A stretch of 64,000 bases of DNA from an uncultured Mycoplasmatota bacterium (GCA_900554315.1 USGP01000002.1:10404-74403); one strand, 5' to 3'. Positions 44,503-56,962 are shown, counted from the first letter of the stretch. The notes: a model not told the origin generated them from the sequence alone. A program made the numbers and translations.

Positions 44503-45894
44503 TCAATCTATAACTTCATAAGTAGTCCCATCACGACCATCAATTAATCGAATACCTTGTTTTAACAAATCATCGCGAATAGCATCAGCCAATGCAAAAT
44601 CTTTATTTCTTTTTGCTTCAGTACGCTTTGCAATTTGTTCAAGGATAAATTGTTCATTATCTAACGTTTTCTTTTCTTGAATTAAATCTAAAGATAATAC
44701 CTGATCAAAATCACGAATAAGAACTAATTTACTACAACCTGAAAGACTTTCTTCTTTTAAAACATCATAAACAACAGACAAAGCATTTGCCGTATTTAAA
44801 TCATCAGATAGAGCTTCGACAAAACGATTACGCAATTCCTCTTCTTTTTCAATATTTCTGTCACCAGAATCACTAATAGAAAATATACGGTTTCTTAACT
44901 TCTTTAGTGTTGCCATTGCTTGATCCAAAGCATCATAAGAAAATACTAGTTGTTTTCTATAATGAGAATTTAGACACATAAAACGAAAAGCAAGTGGATC
45001 ATAACCCTTTTCTTTTAATAAAGTTACAGTTAAAATAGCTCCGTGTGATTTACTCATCTTACCAGTTTCATCTAATAAATGCTCATTATGAAACCAATAA
45101 TTACACCACTTATGACCTAAATAAGCTTCACTTTGAGCAATCTCATTAGTATGATGTGGAAAAATATTATCAACTCCACCACCATGAATATCTAAATATT
45201 CACCTAAATATTTTATAGAAATACCTGTACATTCAATATGCCATCCTGGATAACCACGACCCCATGGAGAATCCCACAACAATTCATGGTTTTCAAATTT
45301 ACTAGTAGTAAACCATAAAACAAAATCTGCTTGATTTCGTTTATTACTATCCTCCTCAACTCCCTCACGAGCTCCAACAACTAAATTATCCTCTTGATGA
45401 TTCGTTAAAACATAATAATCATCCAACTTAGTAGTATCAAAATAAATATTACCACCAGAAATATAAGCAAATTCTTTATCCAATAAAACTTGTATTATCT
45501 GTATATATTCATCAATATTAGCTGTAGCAGGAGAAACTATTTCTGGCATTCGACAATTTACTAACTTAAAATCATCAAAAAAAGCATCTGTATAAAATTT
45601 AGCAATCTCCATAGCTGATTTGTGTTCCCTTTTCCTAGCTACTTCCATCTTATCTTCACCAGAATCAGAATCACTTGTTAAATGTCCAACATCTGTAATA
45701 TTCATAGCTCTAGTTACTTCATATCCCAAATATCTTAATGTTTTATCTAAGATATCATGGCCTATATAATTACGAATATTACCTATATGAGCATAATGAT
45801 AAACAGTTGGACCACAAGTATATAATTTTACTTTTCCTTCTTCATTAGGAACAAATTCTTCAATTTTTCTTGATAATGTATTATAAAGTCTCAT
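44503..45894 (-). CDS. cysS: Cysteine--tRNA ligase
   Basis: CGPTVYHYAHIGN (HIGH) and KMSKS. Start at MRLYNTL. Confidence 0.93.
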   Translation of the reverse strand: MRLYNTLSRKIEEFVPNEEGKVKLYTCGPTVYHYAHIGNIRNYIGHDILDKTLRYLGYEVTRAMNITDVGHLTSDSDSGEDKMEVARKREHKSAMEIAKFYTDAFFDDFKLVNCRMPEIVSPATANIDEYIQIIQVLLDKEFAYISGGNIYFDTTKLDDYYVLTNHQEDNLVVGAREGVEEDSNKRNQADFVLWFTTSKFENHELLWDSPWGRGYPGWHIECTGISIKYLGEYLDIHGGGVDNIFPHHTNEIAQSEAYLGHKWCNYWFHNEHLLDETGKMSKSHGAILTVTLLKEKGYDPLAFRFMCLNSHYRKQLVFSYDALDQAMATLKKLRNRIFSISDSGDRNIEKEEELRNRFVEALSDDLNTANALSVVYDVLKEESLSGCSKLVLIRDFDQVLSLDLIQEKKTLDNEQFILEQIAKRTEAKRNKDFALADAIRDDLLKQGIRLIDGRDGTTYEVID

Positions 45895-45948
45895 AAAATC
45901 ACCTATTATCAGTATATCATAATCACCCAAGAAAAAATACAATTTGTA

Positions 45949-48171
45949 TTACAAACTGTATTTAAAATCAATATTTTCTATTAATTTGTCAACTTTTCTT
46001 GCCCCCATTTCCTGGTATTCAGAGTTTTTTAATATTTCATTAGAAAACTTTATAAAATTACTTTTAGTAATATCAGGAAATTTATTATGAAGTTTGTTGT
46101 GAATAATTTTCCTTATTGACTTTTCAGAAAAAGGAGAAAAATATCCAATAAAATCTATTCTATTTAATAATTCAGCACCTAAAAAAGCTTTTAACGAATT
46201 TCTTATATTAGAAAAAGAGCCAGAAACAAATCCAATTTCTTCTTGATTTGTCCCTAAATTAGAAGTCATAAAAATTTGAACATGTCTAAAAGAAACCTCC
46301 TCTCCATAAGATGTTGTCATAATACCATCATCCAACACTTGAAGGAAAAGTTTCAAAACACTTGGATGTGCTTTTTCAATTTCATCTAATAAAAGAATAG
46401 AATAAGGATGCAATTTTATTTTTTCCAAAACACTAGTTTTATCTAAATATCCAGCATAGCCAGGAGGAGAACCAATAATTTTAGAAACAGAATTAGAATC
46501 TTTATATTCGCTCATATCCAATTTAAAAATTGACTCTTTTGAATAAAAAAGTTTTGCATATTCACGAACCAATAATGTTTTTCCTAATCCACTTTTTCCA
46601 ACAAAAAGAAAACATTTTGGTGTAATTCTATTTTTATTCTTTATACTTAATGATTCAACAAAAGAAGAAATAACATCATCTTGTCCTAATACCTTAGATG
46701 ACAAAACCTTTTTTAAAGCCACAGTATCTAATTGCATAATCTTTTTAATAGGTATATGGGTTTTATGATAAATAACATCATACACTGTATCTAAATCCAA
46801 AATTTCTTTTTTTCTGCTTCTAAACTGCAAATTTAACTGATTTAATTCATTTTGCAAAGTTTGCTCCTTCTTTCGTAATTTAGTAGCATCTTTATAATCA
46901 TGTTGAATAATATAGTTGTTCTTTTTCTCTATTATAGAAGATAACTTAATCTGTAAATGTTGCATATGCTTTTCTTCATCTGTAAAAGAAGAAACTTTGC
47001 GAGAACAAGACTCATCTAACAAATCAATAGCTTTATCAGGTTGCTTTCCCATAGATAAATATCTATCGGACAACTCAGAAATAGAATCTAAAATTTCATT
47101 AGATAAAATGATATCATAATATTCCTCATAAATATCTTTTAAATGATACATAATATTTTTTACATTTTCTAAGCTCGTTTCATATACCATAACTTTCTGA
47201 AATCTTCGATCAAAAGCTTTATCACTTTCTAGATATTTTGTATATTCAGCTTTGGTTGTGGCTCCAATGATTTTAATTTTACCTCTAGCCAAATATGGTT
47301 TTAAAATATTAGAAGCATCAATTGCACCTTCAGCACCACCTGCACCAATAATAGTATGTATCTCATCAATAAACAAAATAATATTAGGAGTTTGTTCTAA
47401 TTCTTGAACAATCTTATTCATTCGCTCTTCAAATTCACCACGATATTTTGTACCAGACACTAAAGCAGACATAGAAACACTCAAAATACGCATATTCTTT
47501 AATTTGTTAGGAACCAAGCCTAATACAATTCGACGAGCAAGTTCTTCTACCAAAGCAGTTTTTCCAACCCCTGCATCCCCAATTAAGAGAGGATTGTTTT
47601 TTTTTCGACGCATTAATATTTCAATAATTTGGCATATCTCATCTTCTCTACCAATAACTGGATCAAATTGTTCACCTCTTGCTTCTTCTGTAAAATCAAC
47701 GGTAAAATCTTCTAAAAAAAGATGTGTAGAAGAATTATGAAGCGAACCAACATAATGAAGAGAAAAAGTATCATACAAAGTATCCAAATCTATTCCCATA
47801 CTCATCATAATACGATTAGCAACACCTTCTCCCTCCTCTAATAAAGACTCAAATAAAGCTTCAACACTGACATCTTTATCGTCATCTTTACTATCTAAAA
47901 TTGCATTTTCAATAATTTTCTTTAACAACGGCGTATATAAAAACCATTCGCTTTCCTTATTTCCAACTCCCAAAACCTCAATTAGCTTTTGTTTAAAATT
48001 TTGATAATTTAAATTAAAATTAGATAACAAATCCAAAAAATCTTGATTACCATAATGAAGAATAGACAATAGCAAATGTTCACTACTAACATAAGGATGT
48101 TTTAATTCTAACATTTCTTTTTTAGACATAATTAAAATCTTTTGAGCTTCTTCTGTAAATCTTGAAAACAT
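45949..48171 (-). CDS. clpC: ATP-dependent Clp protease ATP-binding subunit ClpC-like
   Basis: Clp_N repeat (FTEEAQKIL...), D1 Walker A GDAGVGKTA, and D2 GKSGLGKT. Start at ATG 48171 after GGAG; the longer track ORF is an upstream extension. Confidence 0.8.
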   Translation of the reverse strand: MFSRFTEEAQKILIMSKKEMLELKHPYVSSEHLLLSILHYGNQDFLDLLSNFNLNYQNFKQKLIEVLGVGNKESEWFLYTPLLKKIIENAILDSKDDDKDVSVEALFESLLEEGEGVANRIMMSMGIDLDTLYDTFSLHYVGSLHNSSTHLFLEDFTVDFTEEARGEQFDPVIGREDEICQIIEILMRRKKNNPLLIGDAGVGKTALVEELARRIVLGLVPNKLKNMRILSVSMSALVSGTKYRGEFEERMNKIVQELEQTPNIILFIDEIHTIIGAGGAEGAIDASNILKPYLARGKIKIIGATTKAEYTKYLESDKAFDRRFQKVMVYETSLENVKNIMYHLKDIYEEYYDIILSNEILDSISELSDRYLSMGKQPDKAIDLLDESCSRKVSSFTDEEKHMQHLQIKLSSIIEKKNNYIIQHDYKDATKLRKKEQTLQNELNQLNLQFRSRKKEILDLDTVYDVIYHKTHIPIKKIMQLDTVALKKVLSSKVLGQDDVISSFVESLSIKNKNRITPKCFLFVGKSGLGKTLLVREYAKLFYSKESIFKLDMSEYKDSNSVSKIIGSPPGYAGYLDKTSVLEKIKLHPYSILLLDEIEKAHPSVLKLFLQVLDDGIMTTSYGEEVSFRHVQIFMTSNLGTNQEEIGFVSGSFSNIRNSLKAFLGAELLNRIDFIGYFSPFSEKSIRKIIHNKLHNKFPDITKSNFIKFSNEILKNSEYQEMGARKVDKLIENIDFKYSL

Positions 48172-48272
48172 AATATCATCTCCTATATCTATTTTAGGAA
48201 AAGAAAAAGAGTACATGCAAGAAATACAGTACCCAAAAATAAGACAAAAAAAGAGTCTTTCGACTCTTTTCC

Positions 48273-49802
48273 TTAAATTAGAATTAAAATAGTAAACACG
48301 ATTAATAATAAAACTAATAATTCTAACAATAATTTCCAAATTGTTTTAAACCATTTTCCATATGAGATTTTTAAATAAGATAAAACTCCCATTAAAATTA
48401 TACTGGTTGGAGCAATTAGCATAACCAAACCATAAGCAGCTTGATATACTACTGCAATTAATGGATAATTGTCAGCGTTGCTTACGATACCAGCAACATA
48501 TGGTAATGAAGATTGGAAAGCATAAAGTGTATCAACATTAAATAATGCTGATAAAATAGCTACAATAAATGTAGTAAATACATTAAATCCATCAGTAAGT
48601 CCCAAAATTGCATCATAGATAACCATTTGGAAAGAATGATATGTTGTGATTACTAAAATTAAATAAAGAAGAGAAACAATAACTGCTGGACCTAAAGCGC
48701 GTTTTGCACCTTTAATAAATCCATCAATTAAATCATCAAACTTAACTTTATAAATTAAAGCAATAATCAACATAAATACGATAAGAACTACACATAAATC
48801 TAATACAGACCAAGATCCAAATGGATTAAGAGTTCCTAACAATTTTCCAAAGATTGGGAATCCAAAAATTTCAAATTCAGAAACTGCTGTTGTAGCATCA
48901 TTCATTACTTGTGAGTTAAATGCACCAGCCCATGAAATAAAGGCTAAAACCATAATAATGAAAATTAAAGATAAAACTACTACTAATGGCCAAACAACAT
49001 GTTTTTCTCCACTAACAGCTGCTGGAACATAAGAATCCTCTTCTTCAGTTTCTGTAACAACAATAACTTTTTCTTCTTTTGCTGCTGCTTTAGTTTCCTT
49101 AGAAGATTTAGCTTTTGCTGTTTTAGTTGTTTTCTTAGTTTCTTTAGCAGTAACCTTTTTAACTGCTGAAGCATTATCAGATTTTTTAACTTTTCTAATA
49201 TACATAATAGTATTAAAAATCAATAATACCATTCCTAAGAATAACAAGATGCATTTTACTAACATATCATCAGTAAATTCACTTCCTGTTAAAATACTAT
49301 AGATTACACCAGTATTATTATAACCTAATGTAGTACCTAAAATACCAATCATAGTTGATCCAATAATTGCTAGAGCAGCTACAATCTTATCATATCCCAT
49401 TAACAAGATAAGAGATACTAACATTGGGAAGAAAATAATTAATCCTAATTGTAATCCACATAGAGATGTTAGAAGAGCAATAAGTACCATGATAATTGAT
49501 AAAACCACTACTTCTTTACCTTTAAATGCTGAAGCTAATTTATCTAACATTGTACGATAAGCAGCTACTTTATTTAACACACCGTAGAAACCACCAACAA
49601 TTAAAATGAAGATAGCAATATAACCAAAGTATGCAAATACAGTAATCGAGTAGCTAGATAAGTCAAATAGCCCAACCTGAGATAGTCCTTCATTAACGAA
49701 ACCAGTTTGACTTGAATAGTAACCAATTGGAATCATCCAAGTTAATAAAACAATAACCAATAACGCTATAAGAACCACTTTAAATATATTATGTTTCTTC
49801 AT
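48273..49802 (-). CDS. Polytopic membrane transporter, possibly YfcC/DcuC-like, with a charged low-complexity central loop
   Basis: Many TM segments. Start at ATG 49802 after GGGAGG. The central ~65 aa are K/A/T/E-rich. The family assignment is tentative. Confidence 0.5.
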   Translation of the reverse strand: MKKHNIFKVVLIALLVIVLLTWMIPIGYYSSQTGFVNEGLSQVGLFDLSSYSITVFAYFGYIAIFILIVGGFYGVLNKVAAYRTMLDKLASAFKGKEVVVLSIIMVLIALLTSLCGLQLGLIIFFPMLVSLILLMGYDKIVAALAIIGSTMIGILGTTLGYNNTGVIYSILTGSEFTDDMLVKCILLFLGMVLLIFNTIMYIRKVKKSDNASAVKKVTAKETKKTTKTAKAKSSKETKAAAKEEKVIVVTETEEEDSYVPAAVSGEKHVVWPLVVVLSLIFIIMVLAFISWAGAFNSQVMNDATTAVSEFEIFGFPIFGKLLGTLNPFGSWSVLDLCVVLIVFMLIIALIYKVKFDDLIDGFIKGAKRALGPAVIVSLLYLILVITTYHSFQMVIYDAILGLTDGFNVFTTFIVAILSALFNVDTLYAFQSSLPYVAGIVSNADNYPLIAVVYQAAYGLVMLIAPTSIILMGVLSYLKISYGKWFKTIWKLLLELLVLLLIVFTILILI

Positions 49803-49896
49803 AATTAACCTCCCATTATCATTATACTTAGATAAAAAGCATTTTACAAGCATTTGACTCTTTTTTTTCTGAAATTTTAGTGAAAAAAAGAAAACT

Positions 49897-51378
49897 CTAT
49901 TCAGAGTCTTCTTCTTGTTCATTTAAAGGTCTCATCAATGGAAATAAGATAACATCCTTAATGTTTTGAGAGTTAGTTAATAACTGAACAACACGGTCAA
50001 TTCCCATACCCCATCCACTAATTGGAGGCATACCACATTCCATAGCAGAGATATAATCATGATCCATTGGCATAGCTTCTTCGTCTCCTTGTGCTTTTAA
50101 TTTAGCTTGTTCCTCCAAACGACGAGCTTGTTCTTGTGGATCAACAAGTTCAGAATAAGCATTAATAATTTCAGCACCATTAATAACCAATTGGAAACGA
50201 TCAGTAATTGTAGGATCATCATCATTAGCCCTCGCAAGTGGACTTAAACTAATTGGGTGTTCTGTTAAGAAAATTGGATTAACAATATGTACTCTAGCAA
50301 CCTTCTTATACAATTGATCAACTAAATTACCATATCCCAAATTTTCTAATGGAGTTTCACTGTCAATTTCAATATGATCTTCCTTAATTTTTTCTAACAA
50401 TTTTTCCTTTGTATTATAAACTTTGATATCAATATCACTATAACGCAAAATTAAATCTCTAAAACTTACAGCTTCCCATTCTCCACTTAAATCAACCTCT
50501 TTATCACCAATAGTAATAGTCAAAGTACCAAAAAGTTTCATAATAATTGATTGAAGCATTTCTCTTAAAAATTTCATATTATCTTTGTAATTATAATAAG
50601 CAGCATAACCTTCAATCATAGTAAAATCTTGTAAATGAGTTGCATCAATTCCTTCATTTCTAAAACATCTACCAAGTTCAAATACTTTAGTAAATCCACC
50701 TACAACAGCACGTTTTAAATAAGTTTCAGGAGCAATTCTCAAATACAAATCAATATCTAATGCATTATGATGAGTAATGAAAGGTTTAGCAGTAGCCCCA
50801 CTAGCTTTATTATTCAAAATAGGTGTTTCAATTTCAATATATCCAGCTTCATCCAAATAATTTCTAATTTCACGGATAAAACGACTTCTAAATAAAAATC
50901 TTTGTTTAGACTCGTCATTCATAATCAAATCTAAATATCTTTGACGATAAATAGTTTCTACATCTTCCACACCATGAAATTTTTCTGGTAATGGTTTTAA
51001 AGCCTTACCCAAGAAAGTAATACTATTAGCACGGATTGTTTTTTCACCAGTGTGAGTAGTAAAAGTCTCTCCTTCTACACCAATAAAATCACCAATATCA
51101 TAATTTGTCTTAAAATCTTGATAAGCTTCTTCTCCAACCATATCTAATTTAACAGAAATTTGAATTTTTCCTTTAATATCTCCAATAGTTAAAAAACTCA
51201 TCTTTCCCATTTTACGCATTAAAATAATACGTCCTGCAACACGAACTCCTGTAACACCATCCTCTAACTTACTAGCATCACAAAGTTCATAATTAACCTC
51301 ATATCTCTCAGGATATGGATTCTTAATATTTTTTAATTTTTCTCTTCTTACTTCTTCTTGTTGACTTAACTCTCGCAT
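49897..51378 (-). CDS. lysS: Lysine--tRNA ligase (class II)
   Basis: OB-fold N-terminus, FITHHNALD, and the GMGIDRVVQLL motif 3 region. Confidence 0.93.
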   Translation of the reverse strand: MRELSQQEEVRREKLKNIKNPYPERYEVNYELCDASKLEDGVTGVRVAGRIILMRKMGKMSFLTIGDIKGKIQISVKLDMVGEEAYQDFKTNYDIGDFIGVEGETFTTHTGEKTIRANSITFLGKALKPLPEKFHGVEDVETIYRQRYLDLIMNDESKQRFLFRSRFIREIRNYLDEAGYIEIETPILNNKASGATAKPFITHHNALDIDLYLRIAPETYLKRAVVGGFTKVFELGRCFRNEGIDATHLQDFTMIEGYAAYYNYKDNMKFLREMLQSIIMKLFGTLTITIGDKEVDLSGEWEAVSFRDLILRYSDIDIKVYNTKEKLLEKIKEDHIEIDSETPLENLGYGNLVDQLYKKVARVHIVNPIFLTEHPISLSPLARANDDDPTITDRFQLVINGAEIINAYSELVDPQEQARRLEEQAKLKAQGDEEAMPMDHDYISAMECGMPPISGWGMGIDRVVQLLTNSQNIKDVILFPLMRPLNEQEEDSE

Positions 51379-52106
51379 GTTTCCATCTCCTTTACTTTAT
51401 CACACTTAACAACATCAGTATGAGCAATCACGTCATGTATACCACGACTCTTTTCTCCAAACATAACCATAAAACCACTTATAATAAGAATTAAATATTG
51501 AAACATTCCAATAATTCCTGCCCCATAAAAATAAGCATTTTGATTAGTAAATAACAAAATTGCAAAACTAATCATATTGATAAGTATAGAATTAATAATC
51601 ATTGATCTAAAAATCATTTGATTCATAGACAAATCTTTATCGTCTTGATCAACCACTTTAATCTTTAACAATTGTTTACCTAAAGTTTGACCATTGTTTT
51701 TCAATTGAAAAACAACAAAATATAAGATATTTAAAAATATAGTTATTAAAGAAAGAATTCCTTGCTTTCTAGCCATCTCATAACTAATACTTATACTTTG
51801 AGTTGTATATTCATCAATGCTAATCTTATTATTCATATAATCTTCTACAACTTCAACACTAGAATCATTCAATTTGTTAATAGAATCCATATCCAAAAAA
51901 GGATAAGCAATAAGAGAAGCTACCATAGATACAATAAAAACATCTAAAATAAATGCAACAATTCTTTGAACAAATAAAGCCTTCTCTACAACAGGTTTTT
52001 TCTTAACCTTATGAACAGTAGATTTCTGCTTTTCCCTTTTTGTTTCATCCTTCTTTTCTTTCTCTTCTACAATAGAAGCCTCTTGTACTTTTTTAGTTCT
52101 TGCCAT
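51366..52106 (-). CDS. RDD-family membrane protein
   Basis: [13 protein letters not shown] ... [14 protein letters not shown] ... [12 protein letters not shown] is the typical RDD pattern. The N-terminus is K/E-rich. Confidence 0.65.
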   Translation of the reverse strand: MARTKKVQEASIVEEKEKKDETKREKQKSTVHKVKKKPVVEKALFVQRIVAFILDVFIVSMVASLIAYPFLDMDSINKLNDSSVEVVEDYMNNKISIDEYTTQSISISYEMARKQGILSLITIFLNILYFVVFQLKNNGQTLGKQLLKIKVVDQDDKDLSMNQMIFRSMIINSILINMISFAILLFTNQNAYFYGAGIIGMFQYLILIISGFMVMFGEKSRGIHDVIAHTDVVKCDKVKEMETCES

Positions 52107-53079
52107 CTAATTCCTCCTTAAATGTATTCAATATAGAAATTATATCACGAATATTTGAAGTTTGATAGATTTTATTTTTTACAACAGTACCACCTGGAAC
52201 TCCTTTTAAATACCAACCAATATGGTTACGTATTTCTAAAGTAGCAATATGCTCACTTTTCAAATGACTTAAATAGTCTAAATGATGCAATATCATATCA
52301 AGTTTATCTGAAAAAGAAATATTACTAGAATAAGTTCCAGTATCTAAATAAGAAATAGTATTCTTAATAAGCCAAGGATTACCTAAAATTCCTCGTCCTA
52401 TCATTACAGCAGTACACCCAGTCTCATCCAACATTTTTTTTGCATCTTCTGGAGTTTTAATATCTCCATTACCTATAACAGGAATGCTAACTGCTTCTAC
52501 AACTGCTTTAATAATAGACCAATCTGCTTTTCCACTATATCCTTGACTACGTGTTCTTGGATGAACACAAATTGCAGAAGCTCCTGCTTTTTGAATAATC
52601 TTAGCCACTTCTACAGCATTAATATGATTATAATCCCAGCCACTCCTGATTTTAACCGTAACAGGTACATCAACTGCTTCTACAACCGCCCTCACAATAT
52701 CATATATTTTCTCAGGATTCTTAAGTAATGCAGACCCAGCTTGTGCTCTAACTGCCACTTTAGGAACAGGACATCCCATATTAATATCAATAATATCTGG
52801 ATGCATATTTTCGCATATGTATTTGGCAGCTTCTACAAAGGACTCCTTATCACTACCAAATATTTGCTGAACTATAGGTCTTTCTTCTTCTGTCATATAT
52901 AACATATCTAATGTTTTTTGGTTATGAAAAGTAATTGCTTTATCACTAACCATCTCTGCATAAACAAGTCCACACCCCATCTCTTTACAAATGCGACGAA
53001 ATGCAGAATTACATATTCCAGCCATAGGAGCCAAAACAACCTGATTTTTAATAGAAACGTTACCAATTTTCCACTCCAT
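52093..53079 (-). CDS. dusB: tRNA dihydrouridine synthase B
   Basis: [21 protein letters not shown] and VHPRTR motifs. Confidence 0.9.
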   Translation of the reverse strand: MEWKIGNVSIKNQVVLAPMAGICNSAFRRICKEMGCGLVYAEMVSDKAITFHNQKTLDMLYMTEEERPIVQQIFGSDKESFVEAAKYICENMHPDIIDINMGCPVPKVAVRAQAGSALLKNPEKIYDIVRAVVEAVDVPVTVKIRSGWDYNHINAVEVAKIIQKAGASAICVHPRTRSQGYSGKADWSIIKAVVEAVSIPVIGNGDIKTPEDAKKMLDETGCTAVMIGRGILGNPWLIKNTISYLDTGTYSSNISFSDKLDMILHHLDYLSHLKSEHIATLEIRNHIGWYLKGVPGGTVVKNKIYQTSNIRDIISILNTFKEELDGKN

Positions 53080-53168
53080 TAAATCACCACCACGTTTATT
53101 GCAAAAACTAATATATCATAGAAACAAAAAAAAGAAAAGAAAGTCTTTTCTATAGAATACATACAAAT

Positions 53169-53606
53169 TTAACTTTTCTTTTGTTCTTTTAGCAAATCAC
53201 GAATCTCTTCTAATAACAATACATCTTCAGACTTTTCTTTATCAGAAGTTTTAGAATCGTTTTTTCTTTTAAATTTTTCTAATACTTTTATCATAATAAA
53301 AATAGAAAAAGAAATAATTAAAAAATCTACAATAGCTTGTAAAAAAGACCCATAGGCAACAACCGCACTACCTACTGTAAATTTTAATTTACTAAAATCT
53401 AATCCACCTAACAACACACCAATCAAAGGCATTAACATATCCTGAACTAAACTAGTAACAATCTTACCAAAAGCACCACCAATAATAACCCCGACCGCCA
53501 TATCAACAACATTACCTCTAGAAATAAATTTTTTAAATTCACCAGCACCCTCTTTTAATTTTTTTATTTCTTCTTTTTCACTCACATCTAATACTACTTT
53601 TTTCAT
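53169..53606 (-). CDS. mscL: Large-conductance mechanosensitive channel
   Basis: [27 protein letters not shown]. Confidence 0.9.
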   Translation of the reverse strand: MKKVVLDVSEKEEIKKLKEGAGEFKKFISRGNVVDMAVGVIIGGAFGKIVTSLVQDMLMPLIGVLLGGLDFSKLKFTVGSAVVAYGSFLQAIVDFLIISFSIFIMIKVLEKFKRKNDSKTSDKEKSEDVLLLEEIRDLLKEQKKS

Positions 53607-53656
53607 ACTACACCTCTTATACTAATAAGTATAACATAAAAAAAGAAGCAAATTAA

Positions 53657-55639
53657 TTATTTATTTGCTTCATCTAATTCTTGTAATAATTCCGCTTTGG
53701 TCATTTTAGAATAACCTTTAACACCTTTTTCTTTTGCAATCTCTCTCAATTTAGTAACAGACATTTCTTCATAATTAGTATCATCATCTTCTTCTGGCAT
53801 CTTACCATTCTCAACTAAATAATCAATCTGTTCTTTTGTAAGAGTTTCATATTCTAATAAGGTATTAGCAATAAGCTCTAACAAATCCCTATTTTTCTTA
53901 ATAATATCTTTAGCTTTATCATGACATGTATTAATGATTTTACGCATCTCCATATCAATTTCATTAGCAACTTCATTAGAAAAATGTTGAGGTTTATTAT
54001 AATCTCTTCCTAAGAAGACACTACCACTTTGTTGCTCAAATTGTAATGGTCCTAAATCACTCATACCATATTCAGTAACCATTGCTCTTGCAATCTTAGT
54101 AGCTTTTTCAAAGTCATTATGTGCACCTGTAGTAATTTCTCCAAAAACAATTTCCTCAGCAGAACGACCACCAAGAAGACCTGTAATTTCTTCTAATAAG
54201 TCTGTCTTAGTAGAACACATTTTCTCTTCACTAGGAACCATCATATTATATCCACCGGCAGAGCCTCTTGGAATAATAGTAACTTTTTGAACATCACTAG
54301 CATTACTTAATTTTAATCCAATAACAGCATGTCCTGCTTCATGGAAAGCAACCAATTTACGATCATTTTCACTATATTTATGGGATGTTTTAGCAGGTCC
54401 CATAAGAACTCTGTCTGTTGCTTCATCAATCTCACTCATAGTAATTTTATCTTTATTTCTACGTACAGCAAGTAAAGCTGCTTCATTAAGTAAGTTTTCA
54501 AGATCCGCACCACTAAATCCTGGAGTACGTTTTGCTAAATTACTTAAAGTAACATTGTCAGCTAAAATCTTGTTTTTAGCATGAACAGCTAAAATTTCTT
54601 CACGGCCTTTTACATCAGGTAAATTAACAGTAATCTGACGATCAAATCTTCCTGGACGCAATAAAGCTGGATCCAAAACATCAGGTCTGTTAGTAGCAGC
54701 TATGATAATAATACCTTCATTAGCGCCAAATCCATCCATCTCAGTAAGTAACTGATTTAATGTTTGTTCGCGTTCATCATGACCTCCACCTAAACCAGTA
54801 CCACGTTGACGTCCAACAGCGTCAATTTCATCAATAAAAATTAAACAAGGAGCATTTCTTTTTGCCTGTTGGAACATATCACGAACACGACTTGCACCAA
54901 CACCAACAAATAACTCAACAAAATCAGAACCACTAATAAAGTAAAATGGAACATTAGCTTCACCAGCAACTGCTTTAGCTAATAAAGTTTTACCAGTTCC
55001 GGGAGGACCAAAAAGTAAAACACCTTTTGGAATTCTAGCTCCTAATTTTTGAAACTTTTTAGGATTTTTCAAAAAGTCAATCAACTCTTTAACTTCTTCT
55101 TTTTCCTCTTTTAAACCAGCAACATCTTTAAATGTTACCTTATTAGCATCAGTATTTAACCTTGCTTTACTCTTTCCAAAATCCATAGAGCTCTTATTTC
55201 CAGCCATTTGTCTACTAAAGAAGAAGAAAGCAAAACCAATTAATAATACAAAAGGTAATACATTAATCAATAGAAGCCAGAAAGAAGAAGAATCAGGATC
55301 AGGTTCAGACTCTAACTTGAAATTTTGAGTTTCACTAGCATTAACTATCTTTTTCATGACCTCATCACTTAAAGGTAAACGAGCAAAGAAAGTTTCGTTT
55401 TTCTTATAGTCTTCCAAAGTACCTCTTACTTCATAAGTATAAGCACTTCCTCTTGCCGTAATTTGAACTTCTTTAATATGTTTCTCATTTAACTCTGTCA
55501 TAAATTCATCATAAGTTAACACATTAACATCATTATTCATAACATTAACTACATAGAAAACTCCAAGCATAATTAATGCTAAGAATAAATATGGCAATAA
55601 ACCTTTTTTTATTGTTTTTTTATCTATTGTTTTGTTCAC
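53657..55639 (-). CDS. ftsH: ATP-dependent zinc metalloprotease FtsH
   Basis: [18 protein letters not shown], the SRH region and the HEAGHA zinc motif. GTG start after AAGGAGG. Confidence 0.96.
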   Translation of the reverse strand: MNKTIDKKTIKKGLLPYLFLALIMLGVFYVVNVMNNDVNVLTYDEFMTELNEKHIKEVQITARGSAYTYEVRGTLEDYKKNETFFARLPLSDEVMKKIVNASETQNFKLESEPDPDSSSFWLLLINVLPFVLLIGFAFFFFSRQMAGNKSSMDFGKSKARLNTDANKVTFKDVAGLKEEKEEVKELIDFLKNPKKFQKLGARIPKGVLLFGPPGTGKTLLAKAVAGEANVPFYFISGSDFVELFVGVGASRVRDMFQQAKRNAPCLIFIDEIDAVGRQRGTGLGGGHDEREQTLNQLLTEMDGFGANEGIIIIAATNRPDVLDPALLRPGRFDRQITVNLPDVKGREEILAVHAKNKILADNVTLSNLAKRTPGFSGADLENLLNEAALLAVRRNKDKITMSEIDEATDRVLMGPAKTSHKYSENDRKLVAFHEAGHAVIGLKLSNASDVQKVTIIPRGSAGGYNMMVPSEEKMCSTKTDLLEEITGLLGGRSAEEIVFGEITTGAHNDFEKATKIARAMVTEYGMSDLGPLQFEQQSGSVFLGRDYNKPQHFSNEVANEIDMEMRKIINTCHDKAKDIIKKNRDLLELIANTLLEYETLTKEQIDYLVENGKMPEEDDDTNYEEMSVTKLREIAKEKGVKGYSKMTKAELLQELDEANK

Positions 55640-55651
55640 AATATTTCCTCC

Positions 55652-56962
55652 TTAACTATATCTCAATATTATATCATACTTTTCTGATTTTTTCTTATCA
55701 TATTTAGATTTTTTTAGCCCAGGAAGCCATACTACAACGCCTTTTGCATCTACAACAACTGGCCATAAATCCCTATCTTCAAGTTTGACTTTTTTATCAA
55801 TAAAGATATCCTTGATTTTTTTAGTACCATTACCTTTAATTGACATTCTATCTCCAAATCTTCTTGTTCTAACAGTTAATGGTAAACTAATTTCTGAACT
55901 AAGTAAACGACAAGTATCATTACCACTACCTTCTAATTCTTCTAGTTGCTCAATAACATGATGATTAGGTAATTCCACATACTTAGAAAGTTCTACTTCA
56001 TAAGTTGTAATTTCATTTGTCACTTTTTTCAATTCTAAATCATTATAAGTTTTAGTAGCAATAACTTCGTTAGGTAAATTAACAAAAGCATTTGCTCTAT
56101 TACTATATATTAAATTTAATAAAAGTTCAATATGTTTATCATTAATTAAAATTAAATCATCCTGATAATAATCATTCATCATATAATATAATACTTCTTT
56201 TTGAATAAAAGAATCCAACTCTTTAAAGGCAGAAATATCTAAAATATTTTTATGAATGACCTTTTTTAAGGCCTTATCTCTTTCATGTTCAATAAACTGA
56301 TTAGCCTCATTTAAAACCGTACTAAATTTCAAATATTTTAAATGAACATTAGAATCTTCCTCTTTTAAAAACGGTAAAATGTATTTACGATAACGATTTC
56401 TAGTATATTTATCCTTAGCGTTAGAATCATCAATATAATACATAACATGATGCTTTTTATCATAATCTTCTAATTCCTGTTTTGTAAAAGAAAGAAGTGG
56501 TCTAACAATTTGATATCCATCCATATCAACAATCTTTTTAAATCCGCTATATCCATTTAAATTAGAACCACGAGTAATACGCATTAAAATAGTTTCAATT
56601 AAATCATCTCCATGATGTGCAGTCATCAAATATTGAGCATGATATTTTCTAACCACTTCTTCAAAGAAATGATAGCGAATATTTCGTGCTTCATTATGAA
56701 AATTATCATCACCATATTCAGTGATCATCATACACTCAAACATAATATTATGTTTTTGACAATAATTACGAATATATTCCTCTTCCTGTACACTCTGTGC
56801 ACGCAAATTATGATTAACATGAGCAACAATCAAACTTAAGGAATACTTTTCTCTTATACGTAAAAGCATATCAACTAAAGCCATAGAATCAGGTCCTGCT
56901 GAACAACCAATTACAATAATATCATTTTTATGAAAATGAAAACAATCTTCTATAGACATCAT
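55652..56962 (-). CDS. tilS: tRNA(Ile)-lysidine synthetase
   Basis: PP-loop GCSAGPDSMAL and position upstream of ftsH. Start at ATG 56962 after GGAGG. Confidence 0.88.
   Translation of the reverse strand: MMSIEDCFHFHKNDIIVIGCSAGPDSMALVDMLLRIREKYSLSLIVAHVNHNLRAQSVQEEEYIRNYCQKHNIMFECMMITEYGDDNFHNEARNIRYHFFEEVVRKYHAQYLMTAHHGDDLIETILMRITRGSNLNGYSGFKKIVDMDGYQIVRPLLSFTKQELEDYDKKHHVMYYIDDSNAKDKYTRNRYRKYILPFLKEEDSNVHLKYLKFSTVLNEANQFIEHERDKALKKVIHKNILDISAFKELDSFIQKEVLYYMMNDYYQDDLILINDKHIELLLNLIYSNRANAFVNLPNEVIATKTYNDLELKKVTNEITTYEVELSKYVELPNHHVIEQLEELEGSGNDTCRLLSSEISLPLTVRTRRFGDRMSIKGNGTKKIKDIFIDKKVKLEDRDLWPVVVDAKGVVVWLPGLKKSKYDKKKSEKYDIILRYS

Noticed and set aside
48172-48339. Long N-terminal extensions of several track ORFs (clpC; also 49803-49922, 45895-45942, 59370-59444, 60220-60276, 38232-38303, 20410-20466)
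   Set aside because: The extensions are hydrophobic or low-complexity, overlap upstream genes or terminators, and lack an RBS. In each case an internal ATG or GTG with a good Shine-Dalgarno sequence matches the conserved protein N-terminus.
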